Source: Hyaloraphidium curvatum SAG 235-1
Taxonomy: Eukaryota > Fungi > Monoblepharomycota
Assembly: GCA_025558095.1 (NCBI GenBank)
Contig: JAIVFI010000036.1
Coordinates: forward strand, 471,028 to 535,027
DNA length: 64,000 nt
Direction of reading: 5' to 3'
Shown in pieces: positions 21,983 to 32,821 of the stretch. The number at the start of each line of letters is the position of its first letter. The stretch's first letter is position 1. Made by a program: the position numbers and the translations under genes. The notes beneath the pieces were generated by a model that worked only from the letters and a program-made list of their open reading frames with translations, searched no databases and was not told the origin of the DNA.

Positions 21983-24780
21983 ATGCCGCGCTCCCGTGCC
22001 GCGCCGCGTGTGGCGCTCGTCGCGCTCCTCGCCGCGCTGCTGCTCGCGCTCGCCGCGCTCGCGTCCGCCGCGGAGGTCGGCCCAAACATGAACAACCGGC
22101 GGAGAACCACCACGCGCCGCCGCGCGACGACCACGCGCCCGGGCGCCTACCGGGTGGGGCCGCCGCGGGCCGCCGCCGCGCCGCGCTGACCGCCCCGCCG
22201 CCCGGCAGACCGTGAGCGTCAAGCTGCGCCTCTTCGACGACCGGAACGGGAACGGCCGATTCGACGCCGGCGACGTCGGCTACGCGAACCGCAACATCGT
22301 CATTATCCGGCCGCAGCCAAAGAACGTGCGCTATGTCCGCGCCACCCTCCGCACCGACGCCGCCGGCTGGGCCCGCGGCAGGATGGTCATCATGCCCAAT
22401 GGTGGCTTCATCGTGGCCCGCAAGGAGGTGCCCAACGTCAACATCGCCACATTCAACTGGCCCAACGGCGCCCTGTCGCCCACCCTGGTCGTGCCGCTCC
22501 TGGTGGGTTGCCAGACGCGCGGCCGAGCCCCAACCATTCACGCCCTGATCCCGTTCCTTTCAGGCTCCCCGACCGGCCGGCACCCCTGTCCGCTTCGAGA
22601 TTGGCAACAACGGACTGAGCTGCGGCCCGAGCGGCTGCACGATGACGGAAAGCGGCGGAGGTGGACTTTCTCCTCCGATCCCTGCCATCGAACCCCGTTC
22701 ACTAACAATGAGAACGCCACAGAATCCTTCCAACCCCTGTGCCCGCCCGGCGTGTCGGCCCCCTGCACCGCCGTGTACCTCAAGGACTCTTCCGGCCTCT
22801 GTCTGGGCGTCCGCAGCGGCACCCCCCGGACTTTCACCCTCGGCACCTGTCCCACCGCGCCACGCCGCCTGATGGCGCGGCAGACGATCGACTTCCTCGC
22901 CACCCTCGGAGCCGGCGGCTCGCTGTGCTTCCCGGCTTCGGGCGTCTGCATGGGCGAGGAGGGCGACCCCGTTCCCCCGGCCCAGGCGCCGTCCTTCACC
23001 CAGGTTCCCGCCACCGCGACGACCCAGGCGACTACAGCCACCACCGCCGGGCAGGCAACCACCACGGTCTTTGCTCAGCCTCCGCCTACCACGACCCAGG
23101 CGCCTGCAGCCACCACCGCCGCGCAGGCAACCACCACAGTCTTTGTTCAGCCTCTGCCTACCACGACGGTCGCCCCTCTCGTCCCGACTACCACGGTGCC
23201 CCCTCTTCCGCCGACGAGCACGAGCACCGCGACCCCGAGCCCCGTGAGCTGCGCCCGGAGCACGGACTGCCCGGTCGGCACCTGCGTGGGAGGCACGCCC
23301 TACACCGACGTGTCTGCCCAAGCCGGTGTCGGAGTCGGATCGGTTTGCAACGGCATCGGGGAGGGCACCGGCGTCGGGTTCAGCTGCTCCATCCTCGTCT
23401 CCGGCACCACCGAGTGCGGCAACCAGTGCGCGGCGATCTGTGCCGCCGAGAACCTGAAATCCGGCAACCGGCTCAGCTACCCCAACTACGCCGCTCTCAT
23501 GTTCAACAGCGGCAACAACGCAACCTTTTGCGGGTGCGCGCAGCAGTGCGGACCCGTATCCAATCTTCCCACGTACACCACGACGTTCCTCGAGATCAAG
23601 GGGATCTGCAACGCCAGCATCGAGCACCGCACGACCTCTACCCTCACCACGGCGACACGCACCACGCGAACCACCGTGACCTCCACGAGCATGACCACGT
23701 CGACCCCCGGCTGCCTCGTCAATACCTACGCCGGCACCGGCACCGCCCAGAGCTCGGGCGACGGCGGCGACCGTCTCGATGCGAGCTTCTTCGCCCCCGC
23801 CGGCATCTGCCTGGATGCATCCGGCAACCTGTACGTGGTCGAGATGGGCGCGTACCGCGTGCGCCGGATAGACAAGACCACGGGGATCGTGACGACGTTC
23901 GCCGGGAACGGCACGGATCCCAGCCTCATCGGGGTCCGGGATCTCGGTGACGGCGGGCCGGCCACGGAGGCGGCGCTCATGACTCCGAACTCGTGCACCT
24001 TCGACCCTGCCGGCAACATGTACATCACCGACACGACACAGGTCCGCAAGGTCGACACGAGCGGCATCATTTCCACCGTCTTCAACAAGGGGAACCAGGG
24101 CTTCAGTAACCCCGGCAGCGGCGACGGCGGGCCGGCCGTGGACGCTCGGATCGAGGACACACAGGGCGTCGCCGCCCTCCCCGACGGGACGGTCCTCATC
24201 GGCACCTACTCCGGCGGCACCATCCGCAGCATCTCGTCGGGCGGCATCGCCGGCACCGTTGCCAACAACACCCCCGACGGCTTCTTTGCCCTGGCACCGC
24301 AGGGCACCGGGGTGCTGGTCTCGACCCTCTACACGGTGCGCAACTACGACCCGTCCAACTTCAACGCCTTCGATCCCGTGGCGGGGACCGGGTCCTTCGG
24401 ATCCGACGGCAACGGCGGGTCGGCCACATCGGCGTCCCTGGCGTTTCCCAGGGGCATCGCGCTGGATGCGGCGGGCAACATCTTCCTGGCGGACTCGGCC
24501 AACAACCAGGTAGGTCGCCCGCGGCGGGCCGTCGGCGGCGGGCTGACCGTGTCCAAAGATCCGCGTCATCTCCGCCGCCAACGGCAACATCTACGCCTTC
24601 GCGGGGATCGGCTCCGCGGAATCGACCGGCGACGGCGGGCCCCCGGACCTGGCGGGGACCAACAACCCGTACGGCGTGGCCTACGATGGCGCGACGGGGA
24701 GGATCTACTGGTCCGAGCAGGACGGAGCGAGGATCCGCTTCGCTTCCGGGCCCGAGTGCGGGCCGCCGCCTGCCTCTTAG
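21983..24780 (+). CDS. Secreted modular protein: DxNGNG (SdrD-B-like) domain, Thr-rich linkers, Cys-rich (WSC-like) domain, C-terminal NHL-repeat propeller; multi-intron
   Basis: Signal peptide VALLAALLLALAALASA and LFDDRNGNGRFDAGD. NHL repeats FFAPAGICLDASGNLYVVE and LAFPRGIALDAAGNIFLADSANN, with GDGGPA spacers. The last exon ends at TAG 24780. Confidence 0.8.
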
Positions 24781-25424
24781 GCCTTTCGGATCGAGCAAGG
24801 AGGAGGATGTCAACAGAGGAAGGAAGCTTCGTCTTGGCGTACCATGAGTATGGCTGTGGAACTATACAATGAAGCATTCAGAGCCGTGTTTCTTTCCGAT
24901 ATCGATTCCTGGAAGCGGTGGGCGCCCGGCATGCTGGCCAGGGCGACGGTGGTCGGGCCGTTCAAGGAGATCCATAAGGCGGCGGGCACTGAACTCGGTA
25001 TGGTCGTTTCAAGTCGGTGAGGAAGATTGCGAACGGGTTTTGGGTCAATTGGGGCGCGTTCGATGTGCGGAGAAGGTGTGACTCCGTGTGACTCGGAGGG
25101 TCCCGGCCCCGGGAGATATCCTCGTTTTGGCGAGCCGCCGTTTCCACGCACGATCGCGGGATCGTTGCGTCCTCTGCAAAAATCTGCTCCCTCTCCAAGC
25201 GGGGACAGATTGTTCGGAGAGCTGGACGCAGATTGGACGGCCGGGGCGCCTTGGTCCACATCGTTGCTGGAGGACGCCGATAGGGCGCACTAGCAGTGAA
25301 TCGGGGTATCGGAGCCATGTTCGAACTCGGGGCAACTGCCCCACAACCTTGCTTTACATGCCACTCCATTCGCATGCGGTCCGACCAAGGGCCTATTGCG
25401 CGCGAAGTCAGGCGGCTGTCCTGC

Positions 25425-26096
25425 TCAAGTCGGCACCGCGACCGGCTCCCCGCGGCGTCCCGCCGCCCAGAACGCCTTCAGGTCGGGGAGCTTCCCCGCG
25501 TTGTCTCCGCGCTCGAGCCAGCCGAACGCCGAGAGGCTCCCCGAGGATGCCCTCCGCGGCCGATCCGGCGGCTCGGGGCCTGCGGAGAGCGCGCTGGCGG
25601 ATGCCCGCCTTGCCAGCTGCGCGGCAGCTTGCATCGCAGGAGGTGCTCCCGCGCCGCCATCGTCGTCCGAATCGTCCGAGTCGCCCTCGGGGAAGGAGGT
25701 CGCGAGCGCGGACCCCCGCTCGTAGTCATCCGGCGACCAGGTGGTCCCGAGCAGCACGGTGGCGTCGAACGCCACCTTCTTCCGCTGCCCGAGGCGCATC
25801 TGGGTACGGCGCAGCGCCGAGCGCACCGGGGACGGGTCGGCCGGCCTCCCCAGGGTCACCTCGCAGAGGCACAAACAGAGGCAGTGCCAGCACGCGCCCT
25901 CGCCGCCGGCGCAGCACTCCGCCTCCGCCGGCGCAGCGGGGGGGAGGTAGAGGTCCATCGAGTCTCGGGCGGTCGAAGCGGAGAAGGCAGGAAGGTGGGG
26001 GTAGAGGGAGGAAGGGGCGGCGCTCGGGGAGGCGCCGAGGAGCGTGCGGTCCGACGGCGCCGGCGACGCGGCGCGGGGGCCCGGGGTGACGGCCAT
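25425..26096 (-). CDS. Family member B: putative PP1-interacting protein
   Basis: RDSMDLY, ECCAGGEGACWHC, RKKVAFDATVLLGTTWSPDDYERG, RRASS and GKLPDLKAFW. Confidence 0.8.
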   Translation of the reverse strand: MAVTPGPRAASPAPSDRTLLGASPSAAPSSLYPHLPAFSASTARDSMDLYLPPAAPAEAECCAGGEGACWHCLCLCLCEVTLGRPADPSPVRSALRRTQMRLGQRKKVAFDATVLLGTTWSPDDYERGSALATSFPEGDSDDSDDDGGAGAPPAMQAAAQLARRASASALSAGPEPPDRPRRASSGSLSAFGWLERGDNAGKLPDLKAFWAAGRRGEPVAVPT

Positions 26097-26646
26097 CGCG
26101 GGAAGGCGGGGCGGGTGCTGCTGCAGTTGGTCCAGCGGTGCTCTGTGCGTTCAGGATGAAGTGTTGCGAGTGGTGGGCGTGCGCCCTTCGTGACGCGCCA
26201 GATCCTCACGCGCCCTGCGCCCCTGGCCGACCGACCCTCGAAAACCCCAAAGCGTCGGCGCCGTCGGAACAACCCGCTCCACGCTCGCGCTCCCGATCGC
26301 TCGCCCCAGTCATTCCGCCGCATCCCACGGACCCCTCCGCGCCGTCGCCCCCCCCCCCCCCCCCCCCCCTCGCCGCGCGATCCGAGTGTCCCAATGTGAC
26401 TCGCCGCACAGCCACGAGGCCCCTATGGCGAGGGCCCTGCCGCGTCATGGGCCGACCTCCGTCCGGCCGAAAAATACGCAAGGCACTCCGGGGCACTTCT
26501 TTGGAGCGAGATATGTGGCAGGTGCTCCGTGCACCGTGTCGGAAAGGGCGCAGCACGCTGGACGCGCCCGCGGCCATTCCTGCCATGATGCGCCGCCGAC
26601 AAACAAGCGGAGCACGGGATGTGTCACGGGACCGGGAATCAACGTA

Positions 26647-26684
26647 GAAGCCCAAACGTCCGTGGTGAAGCCCAAACGTCCGTG
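26647..26684. repeat. 18 bp direct repeat GAAGCCCAAACGTCCGTG, two copies
   Basis: Copies at 26647-26664 and 26667-26684. Confidence 0.75.
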
Positions 26685-26779
26685 CATTCCTGGGCTACAT
26701 GATGGCATGTCCGCGCCGACCCGGTATCTCCAACTGGCACGCCCCAATCAGGTCGTCCTCGACGCCGCGCGTCCCCTCA

Positions 26780-27430
26780 TCAAGTCAGCGCCTCCACCGA
26801 CCTCTCCCTTCTCCCGGGTCCCCAGAAGGTCTTCAGGTCCGGCATCTTCCCCGCATCCCCGTCCTGCTCGAGCCAAAAGGCCGAAAGCGTGCCCGACGAC
26901 GCCCTCCGCGGTGTGCACAGCGGGACCATCGTCGGGGAGCTGTAGGCCGGGGCCACCGGCCGGTGCGAGGGCGCCTGCAGGGGCGGAAAGAGCATTGCCA
27001 CGGCGGGCACGCCGGCGTCCGCGTCCGTCCCGTCGTCCGAGTCCCCGCCGGCGGAGGCAGCCGCCCGCCCGCAGCCCCGCTCGTACTCGTCCGCGGACCA
27101 CGTGGTGCCCACCGCCACCGCGGGGTCGAACGCCACCCTGCGCCTCTGCCCCGTGCGCGTCTCGCCCGGGTCGGTCGCCCCGCACGGCCACCGGTACCGG
27201 GAGATGCAGTGCCAGCACGCGCCCTCGCCCCCCGCGCAGCACTCCTCCTCCGCCGCCGAGGGGGCGTACAGCTCCATCGAGTCGCGGGCGCCGGGGGCGG
27301 TGAACGGCGGGAGCAGCCCGCGCTCCGCAGCGGGGGGGAACAGCGCCGCCGGGGCGGAGAGGGGCGAGCCGCCGAGGGTGCGGTCCGAGGGCGTCGGGGA
27401 CACCGCGCGGGCGGGCTGCGAGACGACCAT
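26780..27430 (-). CDS. Family member C: putative PP1-interacting protein
   Basis: RDSMELY, ECCAGGEGACWHC, RRRVAFDPAVAVGTTWSADEYERG, RRASS and GKMPDLKTFW. Start placed at ATG 27430 by homology to B. Confidence 0.8.
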   Translation of the reverse strand: MVVSQPARAVSPTPSDRTLGGSPLSAPAALFPPAAERGLLPPFTAPGARDSMELYAPSAAEEECCAGGEGACWHCISRYRWPCGATDPGETRTGQRRRVAFDPAVAVGTTWSADEYERGCGRAAASAGGDSDDGTDADAGVPAVAMLFPPLQAPSHRPVAPAYSSPTMVPLCTPRRASSGTLSAFWLEQDGDAGKMPDLKTFWGPGRRERSVEALT

Positions 27431-28022
27431 GGCGCGAGTGCGGGTGGCGGGCCGGCGGCGGGCGAACGGTCGTGCGGGTGGGGACGTCGGGCACCCTGGC
27501 GGCGCATGCGGATGACCGCATTGGTGCATCCCGATGCCGACCGACCCTTGCCGACCGACCCTTCTTGTCGGCGCCCCCCCGCCCCGCACCCGGCAGCCGG
27601 TTCCATGCACAAAACGCGCCTTAGGATCACCGCGACCCCGTTCCCGGGCCCGCGAGCCCGCGGTCTCCCGCATCGAGGGCATCCGCGTCCGCACGACGCA
27701 CAGCCACGCCGACGGTCGGGTCTTGGTCGGCAGGTGCCAAGCGGGGGGCCGCGGAAGCCGCGCGGCCCGGGCGGACGGCTCGATGAACTCGGGGCGGCGT
27801 TGTGCGAATCAGGATCGATGGTCGTGGGGGTTACATCAACGAATATCTGCGTGACAGGTCTGGCGTGCAAAAGTGCGTGATGGAAGAGAGGAGTGCCGTC
27901 GCCGGTATCGTCCGTCGTCTGCCCGTCGCCGCGGGCGTGCGTGAGCAGTATGTCCTAGGGGATTGCTTCTCGAGCCGGTCCGTCGGCACGCCGCGGAAGC
28001 CGGTCCCCTTCGCGGCGGGACG

Positions 28023-28709
28023 TCATGCCGACGGCGCGCGCACGGCCGCCGCAACGGGCGCCGCCCAGAAGCTCCGGAGATCGGGAAGCTTCCCCACGTC
28101 GCCCTCGGCGTCGCACGCCCACGCGGGCAGCCAGGCCATCGAGTCCCGCCGGGGCGGTGGTGCCCCCGGCACCTCCGGCCCCTCCTCGTCCTCCTCCGCA
28201 TCCGTCTCCTCGCCTTCCTCGTCCTCGGCACCGAAGTCCGCGGCGGGGAAGTTTTCCGGGAGGTCGGGAAGGTGCGAGCCGCGGGGGTACTCCTCCCGCC
28301 CGTAGGTCTCCCAGGTCTGCACCGAGTCCGCGAACGAGACCTGCCTCGCGCACCGCGCGGCGGCGCCGCCGCGGGGGAGCGAGCGGGACCTGCCGTGTTC
28401 CCGCACGGGGGGCGAAGGAGGGGAGGGGTCCGAGCACCGCCGGGAAAGCAGCAGCAGGCACTCGTAGCAGTGGCCCCCCACGCCGTGCGGGTCGAGGTCC
28501 AGGCACCGCCCCGGGACGTGCGCCGCGCGGGGGGGGAGCAGCATCGAGTCCTTGACGGCGAGCGCGGAGAAGGGGGAGAGGAAGGCCGGGGGGTCGGGGG
28601 TGCCGACGAGGGTGCCCTCGGAGGGCGCGGGCGAGTCGGCGGGGGCGCCCCACGGCGCGGGCCGGGCGGTCGCGGGCAAGGCGGGGAGCAGCATAGCGGG
28701 GACGAACAT
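28023..28709 (-). CDS. Family member D: putative PP1-interacting protein
   Basis: KDSMLL, CLDLDPHGVGGHCYEC, RQVSFADSVQTWETYGREEYPRG and GKLPDLRSFW. Confidence 0.8.
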   Translation of the reverse strand: MFVPAMLLPALPATARPAPWGAPADSPAPSEGTLVGTPDPPAFLSPFSALAVKDSMLLPPRAAHVPGRCLDLDPHGVGGHCYECLLLLSRRCSDPSPPSPPVREHGRSRSLPRGGAAARCARQVSFADSVQTWETYGREEYPRGSHLPDLPENFPAADFGAEDEEGEETDAEEDEEGPEVPGAPPPRRDSMAWLPAWACDAEGDVGKLPDLRSFWAAPVAAAVRAPSA

Positions 28710-29708
28710 CGCTTCTGCGCCGGCGGTGCGGGGTTCGGTTGGGCAAGGGCAGGTGTTTGTCGGCGCCGATCGGCCCCTGAGGGACTACAACGCTGCGCCA
28801 GCTGACGACATCAGCAACGTCCTATCATCCAAAAACAGCTCGGGCTCCGTCTTTCACCCCGGGATTCGCGCGGCTGCGTGCACATCGACACCATCGCGGC
28901 CCGATTGCCGGCGCCGGCCGCCCTCGCCCGCCGCGAAAATGCAACTCCCCTGGTCCCCTCCCCCAGCCGCCGGTTCAGGGCCCCCCGACCTCCCCTTCGC
29001 AACGCGATCGGCGCGCCCATCGCTCCGGCCGACCACCCCGACAGCATCGGAAAAGCCCGCTTCGTGCCCCCCGGGGCGCCCCGTGCGACCGATCCGCGGC
29101 GCCGGGGGGTGCGGCGGTGTCCCACCCCCTTGGCGCCAGATCCCTTCGCGCGTGCTTTGGAATCACATGGCCGGCGGATGCGTGAGGTTTTTCCGGGTCG
29201 GAAGGGGGGGGGAAGGGGTGCATCGTGCGACGCGGATGGCGGGGGATCGTGGATCGGGGCATCAATGGCGGGACGCACGGGGCGGGGGCAGCGCGGTGGA
29301 GGACGGAGGTGGGGGTTTTGGCGATTTGGGGATGGCAATATCGCTGCCGCATGGGCGACCGCAGCGGCGCCGTTGCCGGTGGCGTGCCCGAGCTACTGGA
29401 GTCCACATATCAGGCTCATGGTGATGCGGATGCGCGCGCGATTGGGCGGTGCCGGACCGCGGCGCATCGTGCGGCATGCGGCGGGCGGTGTGCACCCCGG
29501 CTCGCCGGCCGGCACGCGGACGATGGGACGTCGGAGGAAGGACAGGGCAGTTGAACAAGACACAGTCGCGTTCAGATCGCAGAGATGGTACATTGACCAG
29601 GCATCAGTCCCCAGGTTTGCAGCGCGTCCCTCCCCCACCGTCCACGGGCGGCTCCTCGCGCCCTCCCTCCTCCTCCCCTCCATCATCCCTCCCCCCCGCC
29701 AAGGATCG

Positions 29709-30275
29709 TCACGCGGCGACCGGCTTCCCCTGCCAGAACGCCCTCAGGTCCGGCAGCGCCTCCCCGCCCTCCTCGAGCCAGCTGAAGGCCGCCAGCGTCG
29801 CCGACGAGGAACTCCTCGCCGGCGGCTGGAGCTTGGCGGAGGGCACCCCGTCGTCGCCGCCGCACTCGGAGTCCGAGTCGCCCTCGTCGAAGGAGGAGGT
29901 GCGCGCGCAGCCGCGGTCGTACTCCTCGGGGGACCACGTGGGGAAGACGGCGGGGGCGGGGTGGAAGGCCACCCTGCGGCGGGGGTTGCGTGGCAGCGAC
30001 GCGCGGCGCAGGGCGGGGCGTGCGGGCCCGGCGGGGGAGGAGCCGCGGGAGAGGGTGACGGCGGTGAGGCAGTGCCAGCAGTGTCCGTCGGCATCGCCGG
30101 CGCAGGCCGCGTGCGGCGCCGGCTGGCCGTACAGCTCCATCGAGTCGCGGGCGACGCCGGCGGAGAACGCCGGCAGCGGCGGAAACAGCGCCGCGGGCGC
30201 GGCGGAGGGGGAGCCGGCGAGGGTGCGCTCCGACGGCGCGGGCGACGCGGCCCGCGAAGACGGGTGGGCGACCAT
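29709..30275 (-). CDS. Family member E: putative PP1-interacting protein
   Basis: RDSMELY, HAACAGDADGHCWHC, RRRVAFHPAPAVFPTWSPEEYDRG and ALPDLRAFW. Start placed at ATG 30275 by homology. Confidence 0.8.
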   Translation of the reverse strand: MVAHPSSRAASPAPSERTLAGSPSAAPAALFPPLPAFSAGVARDSMELYGQPAPHAACAGDADGHCWHCLTAVTLSRGSSPAGPARPALRRASLPRNPRRRVAFHPAPAVFPTWSPEEYDRGCARTSSFDEGDSDSECGGDDGVPSAKLQPPARSSSSATLAAFSWLEEGGEALPDLRAFWQGKPVAA

Positions 30276-31196
30276 CGCGGAGCGGCGCGGAGAGTGCGGT
30301 GCGGTGTCGCGGTAAGCGTGCAGTCTCGCGTTTGTGGGTGTGTGGTGTTCGGCCCGAGCAGCGCCCTGTCGGGCTGCCCTTGGGGGCGCGATGCCATCTG
30401 ACGCAGGTCCAGGCCCCGCCGGACCGATATCGGCCGACCCCTTAAATTCGCAAACGCCCCTGCAGCGGCCTCCTTCTACCCGATCCGCCCGATCTCTCCG
30501 TCCGCCCACCCTCCCACACCTGCCGCACCCTCCCGCCCTGGTCCACCCGCCCCCCGGCCCCCCAAGACCGCGAGATCCCAATGCGTCCCCGCTGACTCGA
30601 CCGCACAGCCCCGAAGGGCCAAGCCCAGGCCCCGCCAAATCGGCCAAAGGACCCCGCCCCGGCCCCAGGGACGCCGCGACCTCCGCGTCGCCGCCCCCGC
30701 CGTTCTGCAGGCACCGGGCGGCGCGCGGCGCCGGGGGCTGCGGGGAAGGGCGGGCGCGGGGAGCCCGGACTTCCCGGCGGGCGCGCAGCCGCGCGGCGCG
30801 GAGCCAAAGTCGGAGGCCCCAACACCGCCCGCAAAGGGAAGCCATGTCTCCCCGCCGCGTCGGGAGAACCTCCAGGCGGGGCGGACCTGCGTCCTCCGCG
30901 GGGGCAGTGAACGGGCGGCGGTCGCCGAGGAGCCTCGAAAGGACGGACCGCGCTCGCTACGGGTGTGCCTGTCACGTCAATCGCCACGCGATGCGCATCG
31001 CTTCCCCTCTTTTCGTCCCGATCTACGTCCTGCCGCCCGACTTCGACGTCCGTTCGCGCGCCCGTCGAGCGCCGGCGCCCCGCCGGCCACGAGGAGCAAA
31101 AGCGCAACCTCCTCGCCCCGCGTTCAACCGCGTTCCCCTGATCCCATGGAGAAGATCCCAGGATGCCGCCGCCGCGTTCCCACCCGGACGCTCCCC

Positions 31197-31257
31197 GCAT
31201 CGCACACCGTCTTGCCTGCATCGCACCCCGTCTTGCCTGCAACGCACCGCCTTGCTA
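31197..31257. repeat. About three copies of a 21 bp tandem repeat (GCATCGCACnCCGTCTTGCCT)
   Basis: Seen directly in the spacer between family members E and F. Confidence 0.7.
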
Positions 31258-32224
31258 CCCCAGCCCCGCGCGCAGCCCGTCCGCCAGGTTCCGGCTCCGT
31301 CTCGGCGACGGTTTGCTTGCCCCGTGGCGCATCCCGGCCCCAGATGTGCCGGCGGAGAAGCCCGGAGAAGATGCAAGATGCTGTGCAGGCGAGCCGGGAG
31401 CTCCGTCGGGAGCTAGAGCGCGGGGACGTGGCCGTGATCCGAGGGGCAGGGCACGGGGCGGGGAGCGTCCTCCGCGTCTGCGGCCGCCCATTGCGATGCC
31501 CGATCCCCGCCCGCAGCAATTGCCAAAATACGCCACGTCCGCACCGCCCTCCCCTCCGCCGCGTCCGATTCCGATGCCTCGGCGCCAAGGCGTGGCGCGT
31601 GACTAGACGCGCTCTCGACCCCGCCCGCGTTTCCCCCGCCGGCCGCACGAACGGCTCGAATTCCGGAGGGGCGCACTCTCGGGGACTTGGATCGGGCCGC
31701 TCGATGGCGCGCAGCGGATTGGCGGTTCGGCGCACCAAGGCCGGCGAGCCGCACGCACCGGCCTTGCTGCCCCCAAACGGCGCACGCGGCGCCCCTCCGA
31801 CCCGCTCCGGCTCCCCGCAGCCCCGCCTCCCAACGCTTCCATGCATGGTGCCGACCCCGGGCGTCGTCGACCCGCGGCGGCCACGGCGTTGCGCAAAAGA
31901 GGGTCAGATGCGTCGCGATCTTCGGGCCCCGCCTGGGCTCCGCAGCCCGCCCGCGGGGCGGACCGGATCGCGCACTCCCCCCGCTCCACCCCGCCCTCGG
32001 TCGGTCCGGGTAGCTCGGGGGATAATTCCGCACCGTTTTTCTGGGCGGGAGCACGCGCGGGAAAGGGGTGCTTGCGACGGGCGGGCCTGACTGTGCGGCC
32101 GACGGTCGGGCCGGCGGCGTCCAGAGCCGCCGCCGACGCCCTTGCGGGGCCCCGAATTCGCGCCCCTGCCGCGTTCCGAACATCCGAGGACGCAGAGGGA
32201 CGCACCCCGGGAGCAGCGGGCGGG

Positions 32225-32821
32225 ATGCCGGACGGCGGGCCGGACGCCCCCGCGCAGAGGGCGCCGCTCCCCGCGCGGCGCAGCGCGGCAACGGCGGCAT
32301 CGCACGCCGGTCCCGCGAACGCCGGCATCGCGCCGGCAGCCCCGCTCCCCGCCGCGCCCCCGGCCCCGCACCCGGCCGCAACCTGCGCGCACCGCAACCC
32401 GCCGGACTGGCACATCGAGGGCTACTGCTACCCCTGCCTCGTCGCCCTGCTCTCCCGGAGGAGGGCGTCGGACCCGTCCCCGGACCCTGCTCCCCGCGCC
32501 GGCCCGCCCAAGAATAAGCCCCGGCGGAGCGTGTCGTTCGCGCCGCACGTCACGGCGTGGGAGACCTGGTCCCCCGAGGAATACGACCGCGGGCTGCCGC
32601 CCACGTGGACCCCGCGCCCGCCGTCCCCCGCCGGGACGGACTCCACGGAGGTCGAGGCGCCGCATGCGGGGCCGGGGAGCCCGGGGAGCACGCTGGGGGG
32701 GCTGCGGACGGGCGCGCCGGAGCCGGGGTTGCCGGACCTGAAGGGGTTCTGGGGGGCGGGAGGGGGGGACGGGGGGTGGGATTGGGGGTGGTTGGAGGTG
32801 GGGAGGGCTGCGACCGCCTGA
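32225..32821 (+). CDS. Family member F: putative PP1-interacting protein
   Basis: CAHRNPPDWHIEGYCYPC, RRSVSFAPHVTAWETWSPEEYDRG and GLPDLKGFW. Start is uncertain. Confidence 0.78.
   Translation: MPDGGPDAPAQRAPLPARRSAATAASHAGPANAGIAPAAPLPAAPPAPHPAATCAHRNPPDWHIEGYCYPCLVALLSRRRASDPSPDPAPRAGPPKNKPRRSVSFAPHVTAWETWSPEEYDRGLPPTWTPRPPSPAGTDSTEVEAPHAGPGSPGSTLGGLRTGAPEPGLPDLKGFWGAGGGDGGWDWGWLEVGRAATA

Noticed and set aside
23030-23175. Duplicated ~25-codon Thr-rich segment (QATTTVFxQPxPTTT)
   Set aside because: An ordinary mucin-like linker duplication inside the NHL protein.
26348-26369. Poly-C run of about 22 nt
   Set aside because: A simple homopolymer. It could form a G-quadruplex on the minus strand, but there is no evidence of function and its length is unreliable.
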